Below, in pieces: positions 63,381 through 64,000 of a stretch of DNA of 64,000 nt. The notes below the pieces were generated by a model that did no database searches, was not told the DNA's origin, and saw only the letters and a list, made by a program, of their open reading frames with translations. The DNA lies in assembly GCF_003918875.1 (NCBI RefSeq), contig NW_025767318.1, forward strand, positions 496,001 through 560,000. Reading direction: 5' to 3'. The DNA is from Haliotis rubra. Lineage: Eukaryota. Numbering within the stretch: position 1 is the stretch's first letter; each line of letters begins with the position of its first letter. A program made the translations under genes and the position numbers.

Positions 63381-64000
63381 ATTCAGAAGTAATTTATCCA
63401 CACACGAGTATAATTATGACGTATATTGACGTATATTTACAGATATACAGACTCATATTTTGAGATGCATGAAAAATGGGTATTAGTTAATCTAGTGTCA
63501 TCTTACCACGATAAAGAGAATCGTTGCACATAATATCAATCACCGGTTTGTCCGATTCAGATTCTACTGCTTACAGGCCGCCGTCGTGTAGCTGGACCAT
63601 TTTATGCAAACTAAGCACAAAAATAGAAAACGGTCTCTTAGGTGTACTAGAACCGAAACATTTCTGAAAGTTCGAGTTGAGTGAATGGTATTTTACGCCA
63701 CAGTAGGAGTATTTAAGTTATATTGAGACGAGCCTGTAAATCGAGGAAATCGAGGAATCGGGGTCGGTTATTGACAACATGGGCAAGATCATATGCCTTT
63801 GGAACGCTGTGGAAGCAGACAGACGTGTGTCTTCAGCAACCCATGCTTGTCGTAAGAGGCGACTAACGGGATCGGGTGGTTGACACATGCCAACAGATTT
63901 GCGTAGAACGATGCTCATGCTGTTGATCACTGGATTGTCTGCTCCAGATTCGATGTTTAACAGCTTGAATTTTGATGAACGACAAACAAACATCAACCCT

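Overview
Animal (not prokaryotic) genomic DNA: AT-rich, intron-rich and dense in repeats. The SINE and non-autonomous element content suggests a mollusc, possibly an abalone-like gastropod (inference). The main feature is one complete minus-strand whirlin (WHRN/DFNB31; Drosophila dyschronic) orthologue. I rebuilt it by hand as 15 GT-AG coding exons from 43827 to 3267 with consistent phases, about 905 aa, in the order HHD1-PDZ1-PDZ2-HHD2-low-complexity linker-PDZ3. A probable non-coding first exon and promoter lie near 50.4-50.9 kb. The introns and upstream region hold three short-retroposon families with a shared 3' tail, a Helentron-type (HINE) element with a nested Penelope-like element (PLE), hAT, Harbinger, Tc1 and Crypton-like non-autonomous elements, LINE and Tc1 transposase relics, and several minisatellites. 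The most interesting signals are: (1) variant minimal hammerhead-ribozyme motifs in the inverted pseudo-LTRs of the PLE, with two more ORF-less inverted remnants of the same family, so hammerhead-like motifs lie in the sense strand of the whirlin pre-mRNA; (2) a candidate alternative terminal exon that would give a PDZ3-less isoform; (3) a tRNA-less retroposon with a pseudoknot-like 5' head; (4) a SINE co-amplified inside a minisatellite; (5) uORF and start-stop elements in the 5' leader. No CRISPR, rRNA or true tRNA gene is supported. All calls are by eye, with no database searches.
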